NCBI GenBank assembly: GCA_026025075.1
Contig: JAPEUI010000002.1
Coordinates: 62,001-126,000 of the forward strand
DNA length: 64,000 nucleotides
Source of the DNA: Vezdaea acicularis
Lineage: Eukaryota
Direction: 5' to 3'
Positions 13,345 to 25,832 of this stretch are shown here, piece after piece (position 1 is the stretch's first letter; the number at the start of each line of letters is the position of its first letter). The position numbers were made by a program, and so were the translations under genes. The notes beneath the pieces were generated by a model that had not been told where the DNA came from, did not search any database, and saw nothing but the letters and a program-made list of their open reading frames with translations.

Positions 13345-14402
13345 ATGTCATCAGTTCGGACGAGAGGTCAGGCCAATGCCGAAATGTCTTCCATACCTGC
13401 AACTCCATCTACTCACCCCCCTCATATGAATGGAAACGGTGCGGCCAAAAGACCAAAGGCAGCTCGCGAGAGCGCTGAGGAGCCTGAAGAGAATATATTC
13501 CTGTTCATCCCAAATATAATTGGTGAGCTTTAGGACCTTGCACATTCAAGGGTCACCCTCTAACAACTGGTCTTCCCTCTAGGATATTCGCGGATCATAC
13601 TGGCCGTTGCCTCGCTATACTACATGCCTCTACATCCTCGCACGTGCTCCTTCTTGTACAGCATATCCTGTCTTTTAGATGCTCTCGACGGAATGGCAGC
13701 TCGGCGATTCAACCAATCCACCAAATTCGGCGCAGTTTTAGATATGGTGACGGACAGGTGCACAACCGCGTGTCTACTCGTGTTCCTAAGCTCGGCGTGG
13801 CCGCGGTGGTCGCTGCTATTCCAGGGACTCATCAGTCTAGATCTGGCTAGCCACTACATCCATATGTTCGCGACCCTGACGATGGGAGGCGCGGATCAGA
13901 GCCATAAGAAAGTAGACTCCAGCCGAAGCCGGATCCTGAATCTCTACTACACCAACAACGTAAGAGGCCCCTCTCAACCCTCTTCCCGCTTAACAACCAC
14001 AAGCTCACCCTCTCACAGAAAGTCCTCTTCATCTTCTGCGCCCTGGACCAACTCTTCTTCATCGCCCTCTACCTCCTCTCCTTCTCCTCCCCCACCCTCT
14101 CCCCCTCCCTCCTCCAACCAATCACCCACACCCCTTCCTCCCTCCAACCCGGCAACCCCTCCCACCCCATCCCCTCCCTCCTCTTCGCCAGCCCCTATAG
14201 CGCCGGCGCCCTCGAGCTCGCCCGCGCAAACAAAATGGACTCTTTCTGGCCCTGGGTCCTCGCTGGAGTATCCTTCCCCATCATGGCCGCCAAACAATGG
14301 ATCAATGTCATTCAACTCGTCAAAGCCTCCAAGTGGCTCGCCGAGGGTGATGTCGCCGCCAGAAGGGCCAAGGGCATGTATGATCACCGCAAGACAAAGT
14401 AG
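13345..14402 (+). CDS. PIS1: CDP-diacylglycerol--inositol 3-phosphatidyltransferase, 3 exons
   Basis: ENIFLFIPNIIGYSR; CDP-alcohol phosphotransferase motif DALDGMAARRFNQSTKFGAVLDMVTDR; introns 13523-13582 and 13960-14018. Confidence 0.96.
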
Positions 14403-15430
14403 TAGCAGTCTGTTTTTGAGCTGCCCGAGCGCGTTCTTGGGACAGTCGTCGGCCTGTCGACAGGGTGGAAGCTGATTTACGGTGGAATTTTTGAGGGGGT
14501 TGAGCCAAGCTTTTTTTCTTGGCTCACGAGTGTCTGGGGTCGTCTGGAGTTCAGGACGGACGTACGGACGGACGGTGGTGCAGGGGGAGCCATTGCTTGT
14601 TTTACCAAAGGGGCGGCTTCATCTCAGTCACACACACGTGTTTGCTTATACTATACTGTAATAATCTGTCCAATCCAATCTAAAGTCCTCACATCCCCTA
14701 CTTAATACGATGTAATCGTTCTTCTTGTTGTCGTCGTCATCGTCGTCATCATCATCGTCCCCCGAAGCTAGCGTGGTGTCTTGAACCCCTCCCTCACATC
14801 CCCTGCTTTCTTGGGGAGGGGGGAAAGGGGCTTGGATTCGATGACTCCCTCCCCCCTTCGACGTTGGAGCAGGGGAGAGAGGTGTGTAGATTTAGTATTT
14901 TGCGTCTCTACACCGCTGCGAGCTCGGCATGTGATTGAGCTGAGCTGCGTAAGTCAGATATACCCACCCACCTACCTACCCAGTCTCCGTAGCATACCAT
15001 GCGTATCCACAACGGGGATAACACCGGAATATCTCCCAGGACGCACGCACGCACGTATAGACGCATGCACGCACGTTCGTGAGAGGCGGAGTCCGGGGGG
15101 AGGCATTTCTCCCACGATGAGGGACTTGCGGGGGAGGGAGTGGGGGAGAGAAGGAGAGAGAGAAGAGAGAGAGAGGGATCCACTCGTCCTCAAAACGGAC
15201 ATCCCTCCAGATATTATGAACGGCGTGGAAGAAAAAAAAAGTGGGAAAGGGGAGAAGGGGAGAGAGGGGCAGAGGTATAAAACCCAGCAGCCAGTCAGGG
15301 GGAAAGGGATGCGATAGCCGGCGTTCGTGACGAAAAAGCTTCGGGTTGGTCTAGGGGTTTGGGTTCACAGATTGCTGCAGCCCGTGAAGAATGAGCGAGT
15401 GGGCGAGCGAACGCCTCGAAAGAAGGAGAA

Positions 15431-15487
15431 AGGAGGAGGAGGAGGAGGAGGAGGAGGAGGAGGAGGAGGAGGAGGAGGAGGAGGAGG
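15431..15487. repeat. (AGG)19 microsatellite
   Basis: Perfect 57-nt trinucleotide run between the convergent PIS1 and LAMMER kinase genes. Confidence 0.97.
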
Positions 15488-15841
15488 TGTATGCAAGCAA
15501 GCAAGCAATTACACGAGCGCGCTGAATTAGGCCTATACCCCGGATTCTCCGGACAGCTACTCACACACACACACACCATCTAAACGCTCTGTCCCTCAAA
15601 TACAACTCCCCCCCGTTTCCGCCCCCAAGGCCTCGTTGCAGATCATTAGCGTGAATGACGTTCCGAACATTGAACTCCGGCGGGGCTCAACAAAAAAACC
15701 CCCCCTTAGCATGCGCGGCTGGGGGGTGTATGTAGGAACCAGCCAGCTCGCCAGCCCAGATACATGAGACGCCTAAAAGCAGTCATTTTCTCCTTTATCA
15801 AAATGCATCATCATATACAGCTTTGCTTCTTCCATGAGAAA

Positions 15842-18179
15842 TCATTGGCTCCAATTCGCCTTGTCTAGCGTGCCCTCCTTCTCGCGTTGGAGCTTCAGCC
15901 GCGCGGCCTCGGTGCCGTCATCCATGATCGTTTCCCGGAACCAGGGGTGTTTGAGGGCGTCTTTGGCCGTGATGCGTTTGGCGGGGTCGTACAGGAAGAT
16001 GCGGCGGAGGAGGTCGAGGAATTGCTTGTTGAAGGCATTGGTGCTGGGGATGATTTGCTAGACGGAAGCATGTTAGATATAGGCTCTTTGAGAAGAATGG
16101 GCAAAGGGCCTTACATGGAGCTCCTTCATAGCTTGAACGTAACGCTTGGAGGCGCGGCTAGTCTCTTTTGCGGGGTAGTCGAGGCGGGAAACACCTACGA
16201 AATACCTGATTGACTAGTCAGTATTGTTCAGACGGACTGGACGGAAGGGAGGACTGACTTTGCAGCAGAATTGCCGCTGGCGCCTTTTCCGTTCTTGGTG
16301 ACTTCCTTGATCAGCTTCCTGTCAAGCTTGCCTCCACAGACGCTTTCCATCATCGCAAGGTGCTCGAGATTGTCGTGTGTCTGGAACAGAGCGTCGCCGG
16401 TGAAGAATTCCACCAGGATACACCCAATGCTCCAGATATCGCAGGGAAAACTCCAGCCTAGGCCCAAGATGATTTCCGGAGCTCGATAGTGCCTCGTTGA
16501 GACAACTGAAGAATGATATTCATCGTCGAAGGTGGCTGAACCAAAGTCGATCAGCCGGATGTCAGTGTCGAGAAGAACACGGCGGTTCTTCGCCGATCGG
16601 TTGCCCGTATTGGTGGACGTTGGGACTTGGCGATTATATGTGAAAGTTTGGTAGTGATTGTTGACTAGTAGGATGTTTTCTGGTTTGAGATCGGTATGGA
16701 TGAGATTTAGATCATGAAGAACTAAGGGGGCAATCGATCAGTATCACGTCTCCAGTCAAATATCAAGACGGATGAGCACATATCAAGACTTACATGCTAC
16801 GCTCGTCAGGAGCTGCCTCGCAAAGCTCTGAATCTGACTGCTCGGGAAGGGCACAAACGAGTTCGATTTGAGGAAATCAAAGACACTCATGCCCAGGAGA
16901 TCTGTGACGATGCAGATATGCTGCCGAAAATCGAAGCAATCCCGGAGATGGATACACTTATTCCGATTCTCCTTGTCATTCGATTTCAGCGTCGACAAGA
17001 CTCTGAGCTCTATCCGAGAAGCGTCTCGGTATTTCTGAACGGACCGAATGATCTTGATGGCTACTTTTGTTCTGCGTTTCCGGTCAATAGCTTCGACTAC
17101 CTTGCCGAATGTGCCTTGGCCTAGGAGTTTGGTGATGGTGTCTAGTGATCGTAGTTAGCATTACACTTGAGAAATACTGCATGGCAGTGTCGAACAGGTC
17201 CATCACACTCACATTTGTCGGTGATATCACTATCTGGGACAACGATATAATGCCCATCGTCATCGTCCACTTTCTGATTCTTGAACGCTGATGTCTGCAC
17301 ACCATTTGATTAGCTTTGAGCACGAACGAAACACATCCCAGGGAGGCTTACATCTTGGACCACTTTCACAGCGACGTCCGACGCTTTTATTGGAGGCTTT
17401 GGCGGTGGCACATATGTACTGAAAGCGTCGCCGCGGGTTGCATTATTTCTCCGCTTGGTCTCCTCCGCCACCGCCTGCCGTGTTCGTTTCCTCTTCTGCC
17501 CGATAATCTCCACTTCCTGAGGGATCGGCTGTGAATTGACGACGGGGCCATTTGAAAAGTGTGATCCGAGCGATGTCGGTGCGGTGGTGTGGAATGCCGA
17601 GTTGGTGCGGTCTGTTGAGATGGTGGACCCGGTCGGGGAGTCGCCGTAATGTGGAGTTTGGGTGGTGGAGTATGAGGGACCCTGCTGGTAGACTGGATCA
17701 TAATTCGAAGAAGCTGCTATTTTCCGCTTTTTGGTGGGCTGCCGACCACTCTCAGACCGGGCAGGGGGTCGCTGATATGATTTCGACTGATCTTTCGATG
17801 CCACTGGGCGCTGCGGCGGAGGCGTGTCATCCTCGATCATGATGATCTCCTTGGGAAGGCCATTTTTGTAATACTCCTTCCAATCCGGCTTACGAGCCGA
17901 CCCTCGTTTCGTCGACGAGACTCTTGATGAAGCGGATGCGGGGACGGTCGGCGTCGCAGCCAGTGCATGTTGTGACTGTCTGGACGCCGTCCTCCGGGGT
18001 TTGTTCATTGCACCAGGCGGTGTGTTGTTCGGATAGTAGTTGTTGGAGCTCCCCAGGCGGGCGGAACCGTTACTAAAGGCAAAACTTCCGTTGCCGCCGG
18101 ATTGGAAGATCTGGTGATTGTACGGGTAGTGATTGTGTGGTTGAGGGATGGCGGCGGAGGCAGTGGACGGGGTCGACAT
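15842..18179 (-). CDS. lkh1: LAMMER/CLK dual-specificity protein kinase (Lkh1/Kns1), 6 exons
   Basis: [39 protein letters not shown] and EHLAMMESV motifs; disordered N-terminus; stop TGA at 15842-15844. Confidence 0.95.
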
Positions 18180-21100
18180 TGCTCCGCACGAGGAGAAACC
18201 TTTTTACAGCCCAGAATCTCAAACTTGCCCGGGCGACGGAAGCGACGTAATTTCGAAGCGAAGCCGTCAGGCACGAGTGGAGACGGGGGCTTGTGTTGTT
18301 CGAAGCATCAGCGATATATCTCTGCTGGCGTTTGGAGAAGGTTCTTCGATGTGTTGTGGGACGGTCGCCTCTCTGCGTTCCGTACGTACGTTGGCTGACC
18401 TTTCGTGGGCCGATCGGGGCGCGTTGGCTCGGAAGGGCGGACGGGGACGGTGAAGGGTGAGGAGAAGGGTCGAAGCAAGCGACTCGACGGGGTGGGCTCT
18501 TCCGGTGCGACGCAGGGACGGGCAAAAGCAAGGAGTCGACCGATAGCAGCAAGCTATGTCGCGGCCGACATGGCGACGGAGCGCAGACCGATCAACTCTC
18601 AGCGTGTGAATTGGCGGCGACGGATCGGTGTTGAGGTGGAAGAATGGGAAGAGGCTCGGGGGCGGGTTTGTCGCTCTGGCTGTAGTGATCCTCGCAAACG
18701 ATCCGTGCCAGTTGCCAGTGGCCGTCAGTCGGCGGAGGGTGGGCGAGTGGAGGGCGAGGGTGGGTGAGCACAGGGCACTAGAGAAGCGGTCCCCCTTCGC
18801 AAGCAATAAATGCAACGCAACACCCACTGCTGCTGCTCGCTTTTTTCCTTCTGCTGCTCGGCCTCTCCCCATCCTCGCCGTTGCGGCGGCCCAGTACGAA
18901 GCGTGGTGAAGCGGCTTTTACGGCTCTATGGCCTCTACGGGCTCCCGAATGATGGGATATCCCCCTTGCCAACCGTAGCTGACTGATCACGCTTTCTGAC
19001 CAAGGCAAATCTCCATCCTGCGCACCCGGAACGTCCTCGCCGCCGAGCACTGCTCCGAACAGTCTCCTGTTCGGGCGGTCCTCCACGCTCTCGGTGGCAC
19101 CAGTGTCTCTTCAGATGGAGGGGAATGTGGGGGGGGGGAGAGCATCACTCGGTGCACTGTATGGGACGGTATGGAGTATGGCACGTCTGCGTATGGTGCG
19201 AGTGCGAGTGGCTCGCCTCGCTGATCACCGTCTGGCATCGTGCGCCGACTTGATACGCAATTCTGGCCGGCGAAGGCTTGGGCTTGGGGTCGGGTCTGGT
19301 CTGGTCTGGTCTGGTCTCACTTCACGAGGGAAGATGCCGTCGCACATCCGTTGGCTCGGTGCTACATACATAATGCCCGGCCAAAGTCCCCTTCGTCGTG
19401 CCTCCACATCACTTCATGACCCCTCCCCTCTCTTTCTCCACGGCCGCCTCCCGCGACGTCGACAGGCGCATCACATACGTAGCGAGCTAAGCGTAAGCAA
19501 GACCGCTCTCGTCATGTCATCACTGTGCTCCCGAGACATCTTCGACCATGTTGACGTTGAAGTACTTTGTCCACGACGGACGGACGAGGACGTCGGGCAG
19601 TTCTGGCAGCGTGCGGGTGATTTTGGCCTGATCGATTCAGCACGCCGTCTCGGCTCTGCCCCAATCTGCTCGCCATGCTCCCCCTCCACGCCCTCCCAAG
19701 CCTCCCTCCTTAGCCTCTCTCATCCACTCGCCGCGCTCGCTTGGGCAGAAGTGGGTGGGCACGCAAGAGCGCGGAGAGAGAGAGAGGAAGCAAATGATGT
19801 CGAGGCATCCTTCCGTCCGAGCCCTTTTTCTCGCTCGCCGTCTCCAGGAGAAGAGAAGCGTGAGAGGGCCGGAACCCTGGCTCGCGAGGGCGTGCAGATG
19901 CGCCACCCTGGTGACGCAGATGGAAATTGATAGGCTCGACGGTACCTGCGAGCAACGCTGCATGCTCCGACCGAAGGGAAGGGCCCACGGAAAGCAGGGC
20001 CCCCTCCGCCCCGCCTGGGGTCGGGAACTCCCTCCGACGGCCGTCCGCGCATCCACCGTCCTGTCCAAGTCCAGTCACCCGCTATATGTAGACTGCATTG
20101 AATTTGCCGACTGCTATCTGATTCCGTGAGTTGAGTGCTGTGAAGAAATGATGAAAGAGCGCGAAACGTGCAGACCCTTGACCGAGTCGTCTTTGGGATC
20201 CATCGTGCACAACGGCCCGTTGGTGGGAGCCAATCACGGCCCGCAACGCGACGCCAATCGCACGTTTGGGCGGCGCGACACCTGCAACGCGCGCTTGCCG
20301 GAACGGGCACGTTGATGGGATGGGAAGGGAAGGGCCGGAGGGGTCGTGGGTCGCTCTTGCTCAATCTGCCTTTTAAGCGCGCTCTCCCGGATCCAAACCC
20401 CGTGCATTCATCTCTGCTCTCATCTCCAGACCTGTGTGATAAAACGCCTCACCATTTCACACAAGGCACAAGATGCGGAGCGGTCCTTCTTTTCCATGCG
20501 CTTCACGCTGCTTCGGTGGGGGGAGATCGACAGGATGCGCTAGAAGTGCGCTCAATGCGAGTTAGTCGCTTTCGTCAGACGCGGCGGATCCGTCATCTTC
20601 GCACCTGCACACATCCCGGTCCCTTAGCTTTTTTTTCTGACAGGGCGCCGTGAGGAACTCGCCAGATCGCTATGGCCGAGCAGATGGTGTTGAGAGATGG
20701 GAGAAAAGAGTGGCAAAGGCTGTCACCGCTGGGGATACACTGCTACGCTCTGCCTCTTAGGAACGATGCGTGAGAGAGCGATGCGGGCTGCTGGAACGCT
20801 CTGGAAATACGGCACTCCTGACAGCCGCATGGGAGATGCGCGAACGCCACCACGAACTGCTGCCCGCCAAGACCCATGGTCCATCCATGCAGCAAACCTG
20901 CAGAATCGGCATGCTACAGTAGCGCACGACCGGGCGACGTTGCAGCTCTCACCATTCAATACTCCCGACTCGACATATCTTTCATTTAAGAGCACGACCC
21001 AATCCCAGATCACCGCGCCATGGTCAGATGGCCTCAGGCTGGCCATGCGCGGCTGATGGAGAATTGTTGTGATGCTACACGATAGATGCCCAGGACTAAG

Positions 21101-21475
21101 GTTCACCATGCCACGTGGAAACCATGGGATTGCTTCGTCGTCCGTGCTCCATGGCGCGGTTTCCACCTCAACCGCCCCTGACCAGTCTCCCCACTCATGC
21201 TTGAAACAGCCCTAAATCTAGGCTTCCCACTCCCGTGAACATGACCCGATCTCAACAGGCGTGCACGGATGCGGCGTTTGGAATGCTGGACTACTGGTCC
21301 CATGGGCGACACCTGTGGGGTGCATAACCTCCAAGTTTGGCCATGTGAGGATGGAAGAGTGAAGCCCGTCTGCACGGCAAACAGGAGTTTTGGCATGCAT
21401 TCGCCGAGCTTGGGGTGCTCCTTGAGCAGAGGGTGTGTTGAGAGGAAGAGTTGAATAGCAAAGGATGCTTCGGCG

Positions 21476-22848
21476 TCATATGCCTCGATTGAACTCCACT
21501 TTGCCGTCTTCGCCGCCATTGCTCCAGAATTCTGGCTCCAAGGATTGAGCACTGACGGCTTGTCGCTGTGGGAACGCCGCCAGCGCCAGAGGGAGCGCGA
21601 AGACAGAAGTTGTCAAGATGAGACCTACGGCTCGCCAGTCGTGTTAGTAAGTCACATCCGTGCTCAGTAAACAGTCGAGGCGGATGGACGAGCGCACGTA
21701 CCAAGGTTGACCGGTAAGGTCAATTTGGGTTGCCTCTTCAACCACTCTATCCGCTGCAGTCTGACGAGCAGTAAAGACGGTATGACCATGACGGGGGTAG
21801 CGTTCAAGACACGACTCAGAGCCGTCTCGCCGACTGCCAACGTTGCTGCCTTCTTACTCTTACCTAAGCTTTCGACCCCTTTACCTTCTTTCTCCTTGTT
21901 CTGCTTTTCTTCGCGGCTAAGAACGGGATAGACGTCGATACCTTGCCTTATCTCTTCCCCTCGCATCAAGAACACATTAAGCACGCCAGCAGAGGCCACG
22001 GCCGCAAAGGGTACTAATCTGGATAGGACGGTTCGTGCACCTGGAGAGATCCTCTTCAGACGGGGGACAATCGAATTGAGCCCTAGCGCAACGGCGCACG
22101 ATGCAGACACAGCAACAAAGTAAGACCTGACCAGCGTCGCCGTTGAAAGGGGCGTTGACTTGTTTGCATTGGCACTGTTGATGGCAACGTTGAGTGACTG
22201 ATTAGTGATTTGCCAGCCTAACGTTCCCAATGTCTATGTCCATTAGATCATGAAGGTTCAACAGGCACGGAGACACGTACACCTAATCCAGGCGTGAGCA
22301 TGCCTGCAGTAACGACCAGGTTCGAAATCACGAAGCACGACATTCGGAATGGTAATAGGACAGGTTTCCCGGTATCCGTTAGATGTTAGTATAATTAAAG
22401 CGCAGATTATATACACTACAATTCCCTTACCTGGGTGTAATGTTGAGTCCACAATCTTCTTAGCGCTCCATATCTCCGGAGTCATAGCCTGAGCATCTCC
22501 AACTTTATACGCCGTGACAATGCTCTTTGCATTCTCCAGCCCCGCTTTCGAGACGAGTAACGTTCTATCACCAATTGCTATACATTAGCCCGCAAGCACC
22601 CTATACCATCTAAAGACACATGCCGATCCAGCAATCATTGTCATTCAAGTAGCGTTCTCGATCTACCTTTAGCCATCGGGCCAGTTAATCCGGTAGCCTG
22701 GGAAATGAGTCGTTGCGGCAATCTTCTCTTATTTTTTGTCTCACCTAGGATCTGATATATTTGCAGAGTGCCGCACGCGACCCCAATAGGTATTGAGGTC
22801 AAACTGTGATGCGGGTAATTCTCGATTTCCCGGAAGAGACGCCGACAT
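21476..22848 (-). CDS. FSF1: Sideroflexin (mitochondrial tricarboxylate/serine carrier family), multi-exon
   Basis: QFDLNTYWGRVRH, STLHPDTGKP...FRMS, WQITNQSLNVAINSANAN, RLVPFAAV motifs; C-terminus VEFNRGI*. Confidence 0.94.
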
Positions 22849-23239
22849 GTTGGCAAGTTTGATCCTTGTAATAACTCTTGCTTGGGATTTGACTACTGAA
22901 GTGGCAGATCTTGAAATGCCCTCGTTGAGGGAGAAGTGAAGGGAGTGTGGAGGATCAATGAGCGGTGCAGAGCGCCGACTTCGCTCGGCCGTTATGAGGC
23001 CAAGCGCTCAAAATTCAACCAAGTGAAAAGAGATCAATAAGATCAGACGATGCAGCTTGATTACCGCATTAGATTGTAACAAGTATGGATTCAATTGAGC
23101 GAGTGAGACTGATACACGGTTTGAGACCCACCAATTCGGTGCCTTCAAGCTCCGTATCTCGAATAATATGTGCGAAGTAGAAAGCTTACGTTGTTTTTAG
23201 ATTATAGATAGTTTTAAGTTCATTGATTGAAACATTATT

Positions 23240-23335
23240 GGTCCGGTGGCCTAATGGTAAGGCGCTAGATTTCGGCGCTGATGATATAGATCAAACGCCC
23301 TCTAGAGATTGCGCGTTCGAATCGCGTCCGGATCG
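23240..23335 (+). tRNA. tRNA-Arg(UCG) with a 24-nt intron (23276-23299)
   Basis: Acceptor stem GGTCCGG/CCGGATC; A-box TGGCCTAATGG; anticodon stem CTAGA/TCTAG with TCG at 23272-23274; T-arm GCGCG-TTCGAAT-CGCGT; T-run Pol III terminator near 23347. Confidence 0.93.
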
Positions 23336-23781
23336 TGAACATTCGCTTTTTAGTAAGATAATAACTGCTTAAAATTGAGTTCTTTTTACCTTTTAGTTGT
23401 CTCGTTCATCACCCTTTTACTCTTTTATTGGTTCATAATAATAAATTTATGCCTCGCATTGATGGCACAATAACAGGCGACGTTTTCGGGTACGCATGAG
23501 CTGACTCTCGTAACATCAAGTGATCATGGCAAATGAGAGGCCTCCATCACAACATTTCATAGGTATAGAGCGACGAAGAGATATCGGCACATGATAATAG
23601 AGCTGATTCATTGATTCAAGAGGCCGTACACTAAACTACCTCTCTATCAATCATCTCTCTTGGCTTCTCTGATAGGCTTCAATTTATGCCTTCCCCCCCT
23701 TTCTGAGCGCGAATGATAGATCTCTTTACATTGTCAACTGGCCCTGAACCTACGTACCTGTGACTGGGAGCTGAGCATAAC

Positions 23782-25832
23782 TTAATATATGCCAGCAGAC
23801 TCCCAAAAGTCGCATAGATCTTTGTCCGCCCCATCTACGCCCATTGCCACAACCGTCTTACCTTGAGCGTAGGGCTCGTCTGACCATTTCAGAGCAGCCC
23901 GAGAGGTTCCTTGTGGCTTCCACTCTACTGGTAGGCCATCGCTAGGACCATTCGGGTCGCCGCTTATGGCAAAGTTGGTCAAGTAAGTTTGCCAATATTC
24001 GGCAGCATCACTCTTGACAGGTAAATCTGTAGGACCGGGTCTTAAGCAGCGGTCAAAGTACTAAAGTGTCTCCTTTAGCGAAGCTCGTTTTGAGAGAAGT
24101 GTAAATGGTCAACTTACAGTGTAGAAAACATCTTGACCGTGGAAACCTGGCCACATGCTGAAATCATACTGATATACACCTGCACCGTAGGCTTTAGCTA
24201 TGTGCAATGCATTGCACTTGACGGCGACATCTTCCATGGCGCGTGCAGTTCTTCCAATACGTCTTCTATCTTCGCTCACTCCCACCTGGACCTTGACTGG
24301 ATACTTTTGAGCGACAAGGTCAGGGAAGCTTGGTTCCGCAGCAGGGAACACCAAAGAAATGAATTCTTTGAATAAAGCGTCGGTTGCGGAATAATGCGGT
24401 GGGGTAAATAGCCAGCCCTCGTGCAGATTATACCCAACCATGACTTCCACATTCTTGTGATATTCGTCCAGTTGGAATAACTCGATTGGTAGGGCAGGCG
24501 AGAAGGCAGCGTCGACACTTGGACCCCATGTAAATTGTCCCCACATGGACTTGTAGGTCATGTAGTTAGAAACTTCGGCCAACTTTGCCTCATCCGCGCC
24601 TCGAAGCTTTGCAAGAGAGTCCAATTCGGTAAGATTCTTGAACTCTTCGTAAATGTCTGTCATGCGGGCACGGCTGGCTTGCGGAAAGAACCCTGGGCTC
24701 ATCATGATCGCTCGTTGGAAGTCAGGCGGCTCTGACTTGCCCTGGAAGGCTGTGAGGTGGTGCATGATGGAAGAAGCGCCTGCAGATTCCCCAAAGACTG
24801 TGATACTATTGGGATTGCCACCGAACCGCCCAATATTTTCCTTGACCCACTGAATGGCGAGCCGCTGATCCCAGAAGCCTGCATTTGCAGTTCCATTCTC
24901 GGCTTTCGTGGCACGTCAGTAACAACACCTGGATCTCAAAAATGTAGAAAGGGAGCAAACAAACACTGAAACATAGTCGAAGCGAGCCATCCAAAGGCTC
25001 CAAGGCGATAATTCATTGATACCTAGCGCTGTAAGGATGAGTCATTTCGTTGGACGATTTAAGAACTGACCCAGATGATGCCTTTTCCAGAGCGTGCAGC
25101 GTTACCCAGAAGACCTAGGGGTCGCTTGGCTTCCGCCTTATGACCAAATATGTATCCTCCACCATGAATCCACACCATAACATCCGCTGGAAGGTGTTAA
25201 ATGGAGCAACGCGAGGGCTGGACGGAGATTGCATACCTCCTAACTTGCTTCCTTTCTGATTGAAGACGTCTTGAGGCACATACACATCCAAGAGCAAACA
25301 GTCTTCTTTGGCACGCTCGTCTTCTTCCGGCATCTCTGGAAGAGGCGGGGGAAAGTCCATATATTCTGAGACATCCTCTCTTATGTCTGCCATTTTCCCT
25401 ATGAATCCAAAAGCGCCTTTGCCCCAACCTATTTGCATCTGATGGCATATTCTTTCATCGGTACCGTCGTTGTAATTATCGCTGGTGTAGTTGATCTTGT
25501 GCGGCTTCTGCCAACGAAGTTCTCCCTCGGGTGGCAGTGCGTAGGGAATATTATTGAATGCGTAGTAATCGTGATCATCCTAAGAGAATTAAACTTTATA
25601 TGATCATAGCGAAATAAGCACTTACGTTCACGACTGCTTCATGAATCTCATAACCAAGGTCCACCGTTACAGCAGGCTTAGCCGCGGTACTCGCATGGTT
25701 AGGGGAGGGAGTCTCGCTTTCCTTGTCAAGCAAAGGCGTCATGCCGCTCTTAAAGGTCCACTCTACTGATTCTACATACATGGCCGTAGCCATTGCTTCG
25801 AGCAAGCCTGCCCAGATGACGAATGCCTTCAT
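23782..25832 (-). CDS. Secreted type-B carboxylesterase/lipase, multi-exon
   Basis: Signal peptide MKAFVIW; FNNIPYA; EDCLLLDVY; WIHGGG; NYRLG; WDQRLA; catalytic GESAG; FHGQDV; NFAISGDPN. Confidence 0.92.

Noticed and set aside
13960..14475. Ser/Pro-rich C-terminus in the 283-aa ORF at 13624
   Set aside because: Artefact of reading through PIS1 intron 2 into the wrong frame.
18267..21166. Many overlapping 100-280 aa ORFs on both strands
   Set aside because: Arg/Gly/Pro/Ala-rich with no motifs; expected from high GC content and few stop codons.
22565..22744. Cassette exon or nested intron inside the 180-nt first sideroflexin intron
   Set aside because: Internal donor (GTAGAT) and branch signals are weak, and no snoRNA boxes could be fitted.
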